Shown here piece after piece: positions 13,718 through 27,410 of a stretch of 64,000 nt of DNA (the first letter of the stretch is position 1; each line of letters begins with the position of its first letter). The position numbers and the translations under genes were made by a program. The notes below the pieces were generated by a model, which did no database searches, was not told where the DNA came from, and worked only from the letters and a program-made list of their open reading frames with translations. The stretch comes from Balanoglossus misakiensis (taxonomy: Eukaryota > Animalia > Hemichordata), in the NCBI GenBank assembly GCA_040954595.2, contig CM082576.2, forward strand, positions 17,035,028 to 17,099,027, written 5' to 3'.

Positions 13718-16247
13718 TTAAGTCAAAACAGCAAAAAAATTCTTTAGCAGAAAATTGTACGAAAATGGAGTAGATAGGTGAATAAATATCTTCGGGGAGG
13801 CCAAAACGGGAGTACCCTCCCAGAAAAAAGTGATGGAGGGCCCTAAAAATTGCACCCCATCATTTTCGGGTAGTTGGGTCCCTATTGAAGCCAAAGCAGC
13901 AAAAACAATCAATTTTAGCACAAAAATCCTAAGGGAATACATATCATACCACAAAACGGAAGTACCCCCCCCCCAGAAAAATATGATGGAGGGGCCCTAA
14001 AAATTGCACCCCATCATTTTTTGGTAGTTGGGTCCCCATAGAAGCCAAAACAGCAAGAAAATCAATTTTAGCACAACAATCCAACGGGAATACACATCAT
14101 ACCACAAAACGGAAGTACCCCCCCCCCCCGAAAAATATGATGGAGGGGCCCTTAAAATTGCACCCCATCATTTTCGGGTAGTTGGGTCCCCATAGAAGCC
14201 AAAACAGCAAAAAAATCAATTTTAGCACAAAAATCCTACGGGAGCTGTGTTTCATGACATACCATACCGCACTATTAGCAGAGGAGGATGTCGCGCTCAA
14301 CAAATATGACAGCTTGTTAGATCTTGTGCAAATACTTGGATGCCCTGATGTGTCAAATCTGGAAACGGGGAAAAGAGTCACATATGCATCGGACAAATCA
14401 GCATGTGAAGTGCTCGAGTGCATTGCAGCTGTTATTCGCAAAGACGTTGAGATCCCCTGTCATCAGTGTTTTGTGTGATGGGAGCACTGAAATCAGTGTT
14501 AAGAAAAAAGCTGGTGGTGTATGCCAGAATTTTGGATCCAGACACCTGCAAGCCATCGACTAAATTCCTGTGTAATTTGGAGGTGCATAGTGTAACAGGC
14601 AAAGCAATATATGAAGAACTAACCAGTGTGATGAACGCTAAGCACTTAAAGCAGCTGCCAATGTCAAGGTATTTCAGCTTGGAACAGATGGAGCCAAGGT
14701 TATGACAGGGACTGGTGAAGGGCTGACTGGCTGAGAAAAAACCCCAATGATGTTAAATTACCACTGCATTGCTCACCGCCTCGCATTGGTGACTTCCTAG
14801 GCAGCAAATGAAGTACCCTACATGTACCTTGTTGAGTACCAGCCTTTGCTGACTGGTATTTTCTACTTCTTCAAAGCTTCAGCCAACCGTACAACAAAAC
14901 TAGCAGATGTGCAGAGTTTGCTGGATGAGCCAATGTTAAAGATAAAAGAAGGTACATGAAGTGAGATGGCGTTCTGTCTACCTGGCTGTGAAAACTGTAT
15001 ACCATTACCAGTGCTTGGATTCATTCATTTCACTTTTCACCACTGACAAAGATGCCAAGGCCAAGGGTTATGGTATCAAAATGTCCAAGTATGACTTCAT
15101 AGCCACTACCTACCTGCTGATGGATATACTGCCAATAGTATCTGAACTGTGTCTTGTGTTCCAGAAATCTGACCTTGATGTCAGCATGGTGGAAGTGTCA
15201 GTGAATCACTGTACAACTGCCCTAAACAAACTGAAACATAGTGAAGTGGAGCACACTACTTACCTCCATCAATTGCAAAGTGAGCATCTTACAGTTGAGA
15301 AGGGAAAACTTACCTTCAAGGGCAGCCATGTTATTCATGGAACATTGACTCAATCAGAGAGAAGTTTATTAATGCCCTTTTGGAGAAGATTGACCAGAGA
15401 TTTCCAGAGAATGATAGCAATACCATTAATGCTTTTGGTGTGCTTGCAATGAGACCGATATCATTCTGTTCTCAGGCAGAACTTCAGACTTGGAGCAATG
15501 AGAAAGTGCAGTATGGAGAACCAAAGGTTGCAAAACCAGGAAAGGATGTGTGAGTGCCACTGCAACTGTAACTACTGAACCAATCATTGATACAGAATCT
15601 ACCAGGAAAGACTGGTCTATGGTGAAGCCGTTGCTGGCTATCCTAGAAACAACATGGCTAACCTGTACTGGGCTCTGATTTATATGTACCATAAAGAACA
15701 GTTCCCAAATGTACTTCAGCTAGCCTCGCTAGCTTTTACTGCCCCTATCCATACTGCTGATTGGGAACAGGGATTCAGTCAGCCCAGAATCAGGTGAAAA
15801 CAGCAGCAAGGAATAGATTGTCTTCAGCTCGAGTGGATTTCCTATTGATGGTTAAACTTGAAGGCAGTCCGGTAGAGCAGTTTGACTTCACTGCTGTATT
15901 CAATTGTTGGAAAAATGCAAAAAGCAAGAAAAATGTTTACTACAGGCTCAGGCCGTTCAAAATAAACAAAACTCAAGACAACTGTGACATGTAATGTTGA
16001 AGAACATGTACATTGCGCATTGTTGAGAGTTCATGCCTATGACCAGTGTTTTATACCCTGTTTTATACCCTGCAAAAGTTGCTGAAAGTTCATTACAGTG
16101 CAGTTTGTTCATATTCAAATGTTCCATTTACATTACATTGCCATAAAAAAATCATATACAACTCACCATGTAATGCCTGGTATGTAATAAGTGCATTCTG
16201 TGTTATTATGAGACAATTGATTTTGGTATGACACCATTCTTTCTTAA

Positions 16248-16751
16248 AGGCACGTAAGCTGCAACTGGATAAAAAATTAAAGTTTTAAATAATCTCATAT
16301 ATGCTTTTAATTATGTCTATTAAATGCTATTTCATGATAATATATCAAGCTCAACACTTATTTATGACAAAATCGCCAAAAATTAAAGAAAAACGAAAAT
16401 TCCTACAATTTTAAAAAAAGTGCAATATTGCAATGAAAAATGAAAATCTGATGTCTCAGTGGTGTACATTTACTTCCATGAGCTCAAGTGGATGAGATCA
16501 TGTTTTGTTTATGAAGTTTCACAACCGGAAATGCAACATTTTCATTGTATCTTGCATTTTCCCACGGTGGCGGCCGTAATCGCTTGCGGCAAAGGTTTAT
16601 TATTTATCTGGTTAAAACTTGCATATGCACTCATATTTAGGGTTTATAATGCTTGTGTATTGTTCACTGCCTTCATCTGCATGGACTAATGGTAGTGCAG
16701 TTTGAAAAAAAAATTATGAAAATTATCCCAAAAGTTACAGCTTACGTGCCT
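16248..16751. mobile_element. Kolobok-type MITE
   Basis: TTAA|AGGCACGTAAGCTG…CAGCTTACGTGCCT|TTAA. Confidence 0.8.
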
Positions 16752-17979
16752 TTAAAATGACCCCACTTTTTTAGCCTTGAGGGGCCTTGAGGCCCCACCA
16801 GCCAAGGAGCTTGGCAGAACACTGGGCATTGTCTTTAAGTTACAGTATGCAGTAAGCTGATTTAATGTAAACTGTGTTTGTTCCATCGTATTGTTTTGGA
16901 AATCAGTACGATTAGAGAGAAAAGCCTTTCTGTTACATACACCCTTTTCTTGAGTCTAAGAGTTCGACCGAGGTTAATCTGAAAGTGTTTCAACTGGGGA
17001 AAACAACACATAGCTGTTAGCTGTTCACGAAAGTTTGGAGGAGACGCCAAATAAGGCATTTAAAAATTCTTTGTTGGGCGCCGTGAGTAGATCATAGCTA
17101 TGCGTTGTTGCCAGCTGACAGCCTCGCTTATTCCCTAGGACAGATTTTACACTTATGAAAAAGCTGGACAAACTGTAATAGTATGACAGAATTAAGGTTG
17201 AAAATTCTACAAAAATGATAATGTTTTGATGGTAATCAGCCAATACAGTATCTGGATAATTTAAATGAAATTGTCGAACTATGAAAGAGTTACTTGGACA
17301 TTGCTCATGTTGGCAGAAAAAAATTACTAGAAATCTGACAGTAACAAATATCAGTTCCATAAAAAAAACTTTATTTTCAAAGGTTTAACCAACATTACAT
17401 GTACATATGAAAAAATACTTTACAGTCAATTTTTATCCATTTCATTGTTTAATACAATAGAAATGAACATGAAAGTTTCTACCAACTTTCCTGATACTTT
17501 TTGAACTTTGCATAATGAATGCAAGAAATGTGAAAAGTAGGACGTCTACAAATCAGTCTGAGCACTTAAACAGTTCAAAACTTCAACACAAGAATCAAAC
17601 AGAAGGTTCATCATATCAATGTTTCTTTCAAACACCTCAGAAATTTCTAAACAAACTTAATACAGTAAAACCTGAGAAAACTGGACACCCATGGGACTGC
17701 AAAAATTGTCCGGTTTTGACTGTGATCCCGTTTGGAGAGGGTGGGCGTGGCCAATTTCTTTTGTTTCCAAACTAAACACTTTAGGGTTTCTGACTTCACA
17801 TTCACATACAACATATGCAACTACACATACCATTTGATGCTTTGAACTCGGGGACCTGTAGACTAGTGAATGACAAAGCTTTTTCCTGCAACATAGGACC
17901 AGAAATAGGAATGTTCTAATAGCCCTTGCTTGTTGGAACCACTCAGCGCCTATACATAAACTTTGTGTGTGTAGTAGTT

Positions 17980-19760
17980 GGTCTTTATTCAGTAATTCCA
18001 GGCCGTCGGCCCAATATACAATAAAAATTTCACTACATCTTTAAATGACAGGAAGACATATGACAAAAACCTATATTGGAGCATTATTGTACATTTTCAA
18101 TATCTTTTCTGCATATCATTGCATGAAATGTAAAAGCTGCTAATCTCTGCAACAAATCAGTATTATTTGATGACATCAAATCAACAAATTTTCTTTCAGA
18201 TGGTGATGTAAAATAAAAAGCTGGTAAATATTTCTTTCTTAGACCATCAAAGAAGGGACAAATTAGTACAAAATGATACTCATTTTCAACCTCATTTCAT
18301 TCACATAATACACAAAGTCTGTCCATTCTGTCAATGTTGATCTTTCTATCAGTTTCTATTTTAAGGTAATGAGATGAGCACCTTAATCGTGCCAACATTT
18401 TCATATATGTTTATAGACCTTAACAACTGAAAGGTATTTTTCTAGTACAACTAAGTAATGTTTTAAATCCTCTATAACATGAAAGTTTGTCACTTGTACA
18501 AATTTCACTATACCAATTACAATACAGAATATATTTAAGGTTTCCCACAAATAAATCCATGAAACTTTTCTCGTCAGAAACTTCTTGTTTTTCCCAAACA
18601 TCCCTTAAATTGCACTGATAAAGAATATTTTTAGTATGATGTATCCATGTAGGTTTTGTTCTTACACCTGATTTATCAATACGGTATAACATTTCATAGC
18701 ATTTCTTAGGATATCTAGTACTATCCATTTTTAACAGTTTGACCCAATATTTGATACATTTCTTAGCTGTGTAAAAATAAACTGGATATCGCCCACATTC
18801 TCCAAGAACAGCAGCATTTGAAGTATTGCAAGAAACACCAAAAAATAGTTTACAAGCTAAATATTGAAGACGCTCCAAATTGTCATATTTTGTGTAGCCC
18901 CACACTTCAGAACCATATGTTATAATAGGCAATACCATGGCATCAACAATTTTGAAAAATACATCACAACTAAAATTTCCAGTCTTTGTGTTGGCTCTTG
19001 TAATACCCATCAACACTTTTTTCGCTTGTAAGGCAAGAGTTTTTGTAGAGGTAGACCACTGTAATCTATTAGAAAAAATAACACCGAGATACTTATAGAA
19101 AGAAACAACACAAAGTCTTTCTCCATTAAAGGACCATTTCTCGGTCTTTGAAAGGCATCCACCACCTTTAAATACAACAATTTTTGTCTTGTCTAGATGA
19201 ACTGACATTTTTCCATTTAATACAGTAAATATTCAAGCGATTCAAAAGGCGCTGCAAACCAATGACGGTCTCAGCAAAGAGTACTACGTCATCTGCAAAC
19301 AATAAACACATTATTTCAACTATATCAGGTGAAAGTTGAACACCGCGAAGACCGCTCCCATGTATATCTTTTACCAGTTCATTTATGAAAAAAGAAAATA
19401 AGAAAGGGCTTAACATGCACCCTTGTCTAACTCCTATTGGACAACCGAAATAATTTGTATATTTGTAATCGGTGCGAACATGTATGATTTTACATCAACA
19501 TACATCGCATGAATAAGTTTGAACATTTTTCCCCTTTAAAAGTACATACCATAATCTTTGCCGTTCAACAGTGTCAGGCTTTTGAGAAATCCACAAAAGC
19601 ACAATAAAACTTGCCCCGCTTTCTAGAAAGATATTTCTGTATGATAGAATGTAAAATAAAAATATTATCTGTAGTGGAATAGCCTCTTCGAAAACCTGCT
19701 TGTGATTCATCAATCTTAGAAAGTAAACTTTGTGTGTGTGGACACAAGCGAATCAAAGGA
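17980..19760 (-). mobile_element. 5'-truncated non-LTR retrotransposon (RT pseudogene, RTEX/L2-group-like)
   Basis: QAGFRRGYSTTDNIF, FVDFSKA, GVRQGCMLSPFLF, LLFADD, YKYLG and VLGECGRYP spread across frameshifted ORFs 18420-19756. Confidence 0.85.
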
Positions 19761-20117
19761 TTAATTCTCTGTGTTTACAAAAGGCAAATAGTATCTCTGA
19801 AACGTTTCAAATGTTAACCAGTGTGACCGTGGTATTATATACCCACCACTTGACTTCATACATAAATATGAACACACAGATTGAATGACACACACACTTA
19901 CACCAAACAAACTAACAAACAAACAGAAACACCTTATAACCATACTATAACTAACTATAACTACAACTAACAAAATAACTTAATATACATCTATAAATAA
20001 GCTGTTCAAATACAGATGTGTACACTTAAATTGACTAAATTTACAAAAATATATACAAACTGTACCGTTATGCCAGTGACGTTCGACCCAAAACTCTGAT
20101 GATAGGACTACATGTAC

Positions 20118-21395
20118 AGTTTCTCCTGGATCTGAATGATCTATGCAGGGATATTCTTACTGCCACTGAGAAAAGATCAGTACTTTCTGTCCTAGTTTCT
20201 CCTGGATCTGAATGATCTATGCAGGGATATTCTTACTGCCACTGAGAAAAGATCAGTACTTTCTGTCCTAGTTTCTCCTGGATCTGAATGATCTATGCAG
20301 GGATATTCTTACTGCCACTGAGAAAAGATCAGTACTTTCTGTCCTAGTTTCTCCTGGATCTGAATGATCTATGCAGGGATATTTTCACTGCCACTGAGAA
20401 AATATCAGTACTTTCTGTCCTAGTTTCTCCTGGATCTGATAGTCTCGGTTACCCAGAGCCCTCTGCTTCTTCCGTTAGGCACTCCAGAAAGAGGGTCTGG
20501 GGAAACCCGGTAGACAAATCGCCAGGCGGAATCGGGACAGCTGCGATGCATGACGGGAGATTAATATTCGATACGATATTATGATATGACGATATTAGAA
20601 AACTATTTACCAAACTTCTCTCTCTCTTTTCAATTTGTATACAGTTTTAGCAGGTCTAGCACTTCTCAGCATGTTTTCTTTATCGTATGTCATACATGTC
20701 GGCCGTGACGTTCACGCGCAGGACGTCGCCATTTTGGAATATTAATCTCCCGTCATGCATCGCATCTGTCCCGAGTCGGCCCGGCGATTTGTCTACCGGG
20801 TTTCCCCAGACCCTCTTTCTGGAGTGCCTAACGGAAGAAGCAGAGGGCTCTGGGTAACCGAGACTACTGGATCTGAATGATCTATGCAGGGATATTTTCA
20901 CTGCCACTGAGAAAAGATCAGTACTTTCTGTCCTAGTTTCTCCTGGATCTGAATGATCTATGCAGGGGTATTCTTACTGCCACTGGGAAAAGGATAGTAC
21001 TTTCTGTCCTAGTTTCTCCTGGATCTGAATGATCTATGCAAGGATATTCTTACTGCCACTGAGAAAAGATCAGTACTTTCTGTCCTAGTTTCTCCTGGAT
21101 CTGAATGATCTATGCAGGGGTATTCTTACTGCCACTGGGAAAAGGATAGTACTTTCTGTCCTAGTTTCTCCTGGATCTGAATGATCTATGCAGGGATATT
21201 CTTACTGCCACTGGGAAAAGATCAGTACTTTCTGTCCTAGTTTCTCCTGGATCTGAATGATCTATGCAGGGATATTCTTACTGCCACTGGGAAAAGATCA
21301 GTACTTTCTGTCCTAGTTTCTCCTGGATCTGAATGATCTATGCAGGGGTATTCTTACTGCCACTGGGAAAAGGATAGTACTTTCTATCCTAGTGT
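20118..21395. repeat. 75/76-bp tandem minisatellite (~11 units)
   Basis: Unit AGTTTCTCCTGGATCTGAATGATCTATGCAGGGATATTCTTACTGCCACTGAGAAAAGATCAGTACTTTCTGTCCT starts at 20118, 20194, 20270 and onward. Confidence 0.95.
20440..20866. mobile_element. Palindromic MITE, AcademH-like (TAG…CTA ends, 10-bp TSD)
   Basis: ~130-bp TIR starting TAGTCTCGGTTACCCAGAGCCCTC. CTGGATCTGA is duplicated at 20430-39 and 20867-76. Confidence 0.85.
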
Positions 21396-21539
21396 AGTGG
21401 TGTCATCTAGTTTCTCCTGGATCTAAAAAAAGCATGAACTTTCAGAAGAGCGGTTTCAATACTATGGTGTTGTCTATATGCAGATTGTAGTGGTTCCAAT
21501 TTAGTGAGTTAGCGGTGAGATAAGTGGCGAGTTAAGTGG

Positions 21540-21975
21540 CTATAACTTTTTCCAGGACTTTAGAGAGGAACGGCAGGTTTGAAACTGGATGGTGATGGTG
21601 CTATCATGACAGGTGACTACATGGTCATCACCAGTTGATGCAACTTTCCTCTCTGAAGTATTCACCGCTCTGACACAAAATCTTTCTGGTGGTTTCTGCT
21701 GGTTGTTACTGTATTTCACTATGGTGATGGTGCTACCATTACAGGTGACCACATGGTCTTCACCAGTGATTGTAAAAGCCCTTCCTCTCTGAATGTAGTC
21801 TTTGCTATTTCCTTCAGCCCAGCTTCCAAATAAATTTTCAAAAGAACTGGCTGGGTATTTTTCAGTATGTTCCAGTCACCTGGCATGACAACCAACCAAT
21901 CCAATTCATTACTGTATACATATTTTAATTTTGTCAAATGATCAAATATTTTTCCATCACCCACAACTACCAAGT
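21540..21975 (-). pseudogene. Academ-like transposase fragment (copy 1)
   Basis: VVVGDGKIFDHL…LDWLVVMPGDWNILKN resembles the GD…PGxxH core of Academ-group transposases. Paralog at 27671-27928. Confidence 0.5.
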
Positions 21976-23139
21976 ACTATCTGGTTGTTACTGTACATTT
22001 CACTATGGTGATGGTGCTACCATTACAGTCGACCACATGGTCATGTCCAGTTGATGTAACTTTCCTCTCTGAAGTATTCACTGCTCTGACACAAAATCTC
22101 AGAAACTTTCTGGTGGTTTCTTTTTTAAGTCTGATTCCGTTGAATGATTTCAAGGCATCTGATACTCACAGGTGGTATGATCAGGAAATCTGAAAATAAT
22201 TGACAAAAAGGGTTCAGCTGACACTTTTCAATTCATGGTCAAGGGAAATCTACCTTTTTGACAGACCATTTACCTTCTAACGTATTTGGCTAATTAACAC
22301 TGACATTGAATTGTTTGCTTAGTTGAAATTGGGCTTTTATTGGACCAATAATCTTGTCATTTCTGAAAATACCTTTTAGTGACTGTTTCCCGGTCCTATA
22401 CTTCTCCAACTTTCTTCATAAAAGCATTCTTGCACATAATGCATAGCTTTCATATCTCTTGCTTTTTTTATATTCATTTTATTTCTAAATAAACAATTGA
22501 AAATATAGCTGAAGTGCAAGTACATTTTCAAAAGTATTTTAACACAACTTTTCCCAAAATGACATGTTTACAGTTGTTATTTATAAATGTCAAGCTTTTT
22601 CATAAATAGTAGATATTTACAAAATAAATCAAAACATGGCTTTACTTTTAGACTTTCCTTGTTGTCTCTATAGTTGACCCAAGAGGAAAAGATACAATAC
22701 TTTGCTAATGAAATTACATAATTAACAAATCTAATGAAAGTGGAATTGTGAAGGGGTCTATATCCAAGAATTATCATGTAAAGATTAGCCGAAAAATCTA
22801 CAATATCTCTTGCTGTCTCACGGAGCTCATCAAATGAAAATTCCATTGAAGCCCCTTTTTGCAGAAGACTGAACTGCTCCTCTTCTTTGAGATTTCGAAG
22901 TGGTTTGTAGTTTGTAGCTTTACAGTCCGGAATGCTGCAGTTCAGAATGAGTGACTCTCTTTTCTTCAGTTTTTGCCCCTTTATCCTGGCATCCTTGTAC
23001 AGTTCGTCGATCTTTTGTACAAGATCGCAGCATCTTGCACTTGAAGATGCAAAAAAATATATCCGATCAAGAGATACTTCCTGAAGATAAATAGAAAAGA
23101 AGGAAAAGATTTAGTGATAAATTTTAGCAGAATTGATTT

Positions 23140-23605
23140 AATGATTTAACATGATGTCCATGGTAGCATCAGTTGGAACCATGGCAACAACAGGAAGAAA
23201 TGGGCTTGTATAATCCCTAATAGTGTTCAGGTGCTGGTCCAAATGGATTTTCAATTCTGCAACAGTTTTTGCTTGGATAACATTTTCTGTTCGAATTGGC
23301 AATAATGTGTTGGGAGAAGAAATACTTTCTAATGTCCAGTCTGACAGTTGGTTTAAAAATCTTCGATGAGTGTCCTCTTGTTCTAGCTTCATGGTGGTGT
23401 GTAAACAAACTTTCCAGGTAAACTTTGTCAATTCCATTCACAAAACGGAAAACTTGAATTAAGTCTCCTCTTCTCCTTCTTTCCTCCAGTGTGGTTATGT
23501 TGAGAGCTTTTAATCTTTCCATGTCATTTAAGTTCTTTAGTTCAGGTATCAACTTGGTTGCTCTTTTTTGTACTTTTTCCAGAAGATCAATGTCTTTTTT
23601 CATAC
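23140..23605 (-). mobile_element. CR1-type LINE 3' fragment
   Basis: KDIDLLEKVQKRATKLIPEL…LEERRRRGDLIQVFR…TRGHSSKI…RKYFFSQ is the typical CR1 ORF2 C-terminus. Confidence 0.85.
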
Positions 23606-24491
23606 AGTGGTTCCGTTAGATTTTTTTATCTGGCCTATTTTTATACGCGTTCAATATTTTTTCTCATGTAAAATGTGATAAGATTGCGTAAATAATAGGG
23701 TTGTGAAATATGCATATTCAAGCATCAGAATAAACTTCACTCATGTCATCACCAACATTCTTACAAAAGTGAAAACTATGTAATATTTAGAGTCGAACAG
23801 GCAGTGTTTAATTTGTTCACTTGTGGAAAAATACAACAACAAACTCTGCATCACCAAAACATGGACGCAAAGTTACGTCCGTGGTCAAACAGTACTACAG
23901 TGAATGAAGCGCGTTCAAAGGAATTGCCTTAATATGACTTCAACTCATAGTACACTCTTTGTTGTGATTGGACAAGGCATTTGATGCTTGTCACTTGGAT
24001 TAATAGACGCGTGCACATCAAATGCGACAATGGGACTGTCTCTCAGTTCAGGTCACGTACGAACGGTTTCAGTGCATGAAAAGTCTACTTCGTGATCATC
24101 ATCAGATCATTAACGACATCTTCGTTCAATCGATTGCGACGGCAATTTTTTACATGACTTTGGGTAATGAACTCTCTCTAACTTGGCACAGATGTGCCAT
24201 GTTTCCTCTGGCTGCTGAAATATTTTAGCAAATTTACTAATTGGGTATTCAAACCTTTAGTAAATTTCAAAAAATATTAGTAAACCTTCATTTTCCACAA
24301 AAAAAGATTATTTAAAACACAACTGTAACCTGTAGCACTCATTTTCATTGTTAACTCATTTTCATCGTTGACTTGATAACACACAGATTTAGGTAAACAA
24401 CACAGTGACACACACATCTATTATAGAGTACTGTACTGGTCTTTTATTTTCATCACTCAGTTAGCTCAGTGAGATCCATCAAACTAGTACT

Positions 24492-25400
24492 CTAGTCTCC
24501 ACTATTTACATAAAAGTCCATTTCCAGCAGGTTTTGCATACTGGAAAGGAGCTTCTCTAGAGTATTTGATAAATCCAAACAAGAAGAGCATGCTTCAGCA
24601 GAAGGCAAGTTTCTGTTTGAACTAACAATTCTCGTTTGTTTCATACTACACCAAACCTGGAAAGCTCTGCCAAAATCGAAATCCTCAATGTTCCTCAGTG
24701 ATGGGGTTTCTAAGGCAAAAGTCAATAAGTAGCTAACTGAAGAAACTTTGAGACTTGCTCTTGAGTTTGTTTTGATTCTGTTATATCTGGAGAAGCGGTG
24801 TTGGTGGGAAGAATCAATGCAATTCTTACCAATCTCACAATATTTGGGTAGATTTCCCTTTCAATTTTGGCTCGTTCTACCTCTAATATAGCTACTGGAA
24901 ACTGTTGGGCACTTTTATCGTTATGTATGACCTATATCCACGCCTTTCTGTTAATCAAGTGTACACTGCCATTTGAAATTGCTGATCTATGTGGATTTCT
25001 TTGCCAAAGTATGAGCATTTCTGAATAGTTTTGACAGCTTATCAAATGTTGCAGGGTTCATCAACTGCAGTGTCCCGTCCACTATCGGGTCACCCGGGGC
25101 AGCATTTGTTGCATGCAGGTAGTGCTGAGTATATTTATGCCCCTCTGAAGTTTCATGTGTATTCAGAGCTTCGTGTCTGAGATTTGTCGAGCATTTAACG
25201 AATGCACCATACACATGTTTTTTGTACTTGGCAACTGGTTGGTTTTTCTTGGCAGTGGGTGCGTACTCAGCTCTGCATAATTTGCAGTACAACTTTTGCT
25301 TGCTGGCACTATCGTCCGTGATTAACCAATCTTGAAATGCAATTTTCCTTGATTGGGCCATTATCTTCTTACGTTTAGTGGCATCGTACTCCCTGTTTGC
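24492..25400 (-). pseudogene. Internally deleted hAT (ZNF862-like) transposase
   Basis: The N-terminal DWL…LYCKLC…NLRHEALNTHETSEGHK (24987-25361) abuts the C-terminal dimerization remnant RFSRYNRIKTNSRASL…FDFGRAFQVW. hAT-like end CAGTGGTTCC at ~23606. Confidence 0.7.
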
Positions 25401-25639
25401 TTGTAAGGCTTCCTCCGTTTGGCTGGGAGAGTTGGCAGGCCAAGATAATTATGCAGATAATTACTTTGAAGCTCATGCAACAAGTACGGTACTTTGATTA
25501 GTTAATTTTCATTTCAAGGTTATACATCATTCTGTCCAATCAGATTGTTTCTTTTATTTGCAATTTATGAACAGATGGGGGTCACGTACCTTACTTGATT
25601 TTAGAATTCACCCACTTTAAACAGAAACAGAGACTAAAT

Positions 25640-26530
25640 AACGATGGCGACAGTCTTACAAAATAGTATAACATGTACAATTTTTTGGCATTGCTGGATT
25701 GTTGGGCAGGAGGGAGGGGGGGGGGGGGCATTGTCCTGTTGTGTTGACATGTACACATAGCGCCAGGCAATGATTGACAGGCACAATTGATTGATAGAAT
25801 CTGATTGTTAGAAAAGATGCAAAGACTTGACTAAATATGAATGAAAAATGTTGTATAATGAAAAATTATTTGCATATCTCGTGGGGGTCAGAGATCTTTG
25901 CACTGGGGAAAGAAAGTAATCCCGCTATAAAATAAAAAGTTAGGCCGCTCGTGTGGTTTTCGTGGAGTCGTACAACTTCTCGCCTACGACTCGAAATTGC
26001 AGGGCTCCACAGAAACCACTCGTATACGATGACGTCAAAAGAAGAAAAATATCATGGGATTATATTATATAAATATCCAGTGTTTCTTAGATCTGTGCTT
26101 CAAAATGCATTTAATAATAATGTGATAAGCATGGCTACTGGTATAACTGTTACAAGTCTCGTATGAAAAGCACCAAATGCTAAGCTACTCATTTATAATT
26201 AAGTATTTGAAGTACATCACCTATGCAAATATAGCTACAGTTACCATGTCAAATTGAGATCTGGCCAAGCACGGATTTTCAGTGGGTGGCACACGCAAAA
26301 AAAAATAGCACCACCACATGTTCTTTAGGACACTCAAATACGCCATTTCAGCCATATGTGGGCGTATGTAAATTGGAGGTGACTGTATACCTGTAATACA
26401 GTCAGTAATCCCACCATTTCCAAGATCAGATGTTGTATGGGCATATCAAGCTCAGGCGGTTAAAGTTTATATAAGTTCACCTAACACTCTCGAAAAAACC
26501 TCCAGATTCTAAAGTAACAAATGATGTGTT
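25640..26530. repeat. Duplicated segment paralogous to ~35625-36457 plus 39670-39740
   Basis: Shared GATGGCGACAGTCTTACAAAATAGT… through GGGCATATCAA and GGTTAAAxTTTATATAAGTTC…CAGATTCTAAAGTAACAAAT. Confidence 0.85.
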
Positions 26531-27410
26531 ATGATTTAGCTGAATTTGGTAAAATAGAAGTTTACAAAATCTGGATGATTTAAATGAAATTGTCGAACTA
26601 TGAAAGAGTTACTTGGGCATTGCTCATGTTGGCAGGAAAAAGGTACTAGAAATCTGACAGTAACAAATATCAGTTCCATAAAAAAACACTTTATTTTCAA
26701 AGGTTTAACCAACATTACATGTACATATGAAAAAATACTTTACAGTCGATTTTTATCCATTTCATTGTTTAATACAATAGAAATGAACATGAAAGTTTCT
26801 ACCAACTTGCCTGATACTTTTTGAACTTTGCATAATGAATGCAAGAAATGTGAAAAGTAGGACGTCTACAAATCAGTCTGAGCACTTAAACAGTTCAAAA
26901 CTTCAACAAAAGAATCAAACAGAAGGTTCATCATATCAATGTTTCTTTCAAACACCTCAGAAATTTCTAAACAAACTTAATACAGTAAAACCTGAGAAAA
27001 CTGGACACCCATGGGACTGCAAAAATTGTCCGGTTTTGAATGTGATCCCGTTTGGAGAGGGTGGGCGTGGCCAATTTCTTTTGTTTCCAATCTAAACACT
27101 TTAGGGTTTCTGACTTCACATTCACATACAATACACGCAACTACACTGTACCGGTATACCAGTGATGACCCAAAACTCTGATGATAGAAATACAGTTTCT
27201 CCTGGATCTGAATGATCTACCGGTATGCAGGGATATTCTTACTGCCACTGAGAAATGGTACTTTCTGTCCTAGTTTCTCCTGGATCTGAATGATCTATGC
27301 AGGGATATTTTCACTGCCACTGGGAAAAGGATAGTACTTTCTGTCCTAGTGTAGTGGTGTCATCTAGTTTCTCCTGGATCTAAAAAAAGCATGAACTTTC
27401 AGAAGAGCGG

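Larger units (their letters stand above)
8839..14274 (-). mobile_element. Academ-type DNA transposon, internally deleted, with long TIRs built from tandem repeats
   Basis: Termini TAGTGTGGTATG…CATACCGCACTA and 3-bp TSD TTA (8836-38, 14275-77). Removing it restores the hAT frame (…FWL|AEED…). ~150-bp subrepeats at 8839-9900 are mirrored at 11350-14274. CXC-type C-terminal fragment at 10206-10439. Confidence 0.8.
7980..16824 (+). mobile_element. hAT transposon (ZNF862/DUF4371-type transposase pseudogene), interrupted by Academ and Kolobok insertions
   Basis: Perfect 15-bp TIR CAGTGTTCTGCCAAG / CTTGGCAGAACACTG. Remnants on + strand: WLQDFKWL..MSCKLC (8570-8838), AEEDVALNKYDSL..VLCDGSTEISV, HCIAHRLAL, VRWRS, dimerization-like ..QNQVKTAARNRLS (~15780). 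No TSD preserved. Confidence 0.85.
17270..22330. repeat. Segmental duplication paralogous to ~26570-28300; this copy is expanded by a LINE, a minisatellite and a MITE
   Basis: 17270-17825 is near-identical to 26570-27140, and 21400-22330 to 27340-28300. Near-identical ORFs occur at 17515/26835 and at 21719/27671. Confidence 0.9.

Noticed and set aside
7980-16824. 8-bp TSD for the hAT element
   Set aside because: The flanks AGATATAA and GGCATTGT do not match, so no TSD is claimed.
17515-17775. Duplicated 86-aa ORF (also at 26835)
   Set aside because: No recognisable motif; the similarity is explained by DNA-level duplication.
20118-21395. CRISPR-like array
   Set aside because: The units are contiguous with no unique spacers, there are no cas genes, and the context is eukaryotic; it is a minisatellite.
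22577-22846. Possible Tx1/L1 C-terminal fragment (IILG…NYVISLAKYCI)
   Set aside because: Too short and weak to call by eye.
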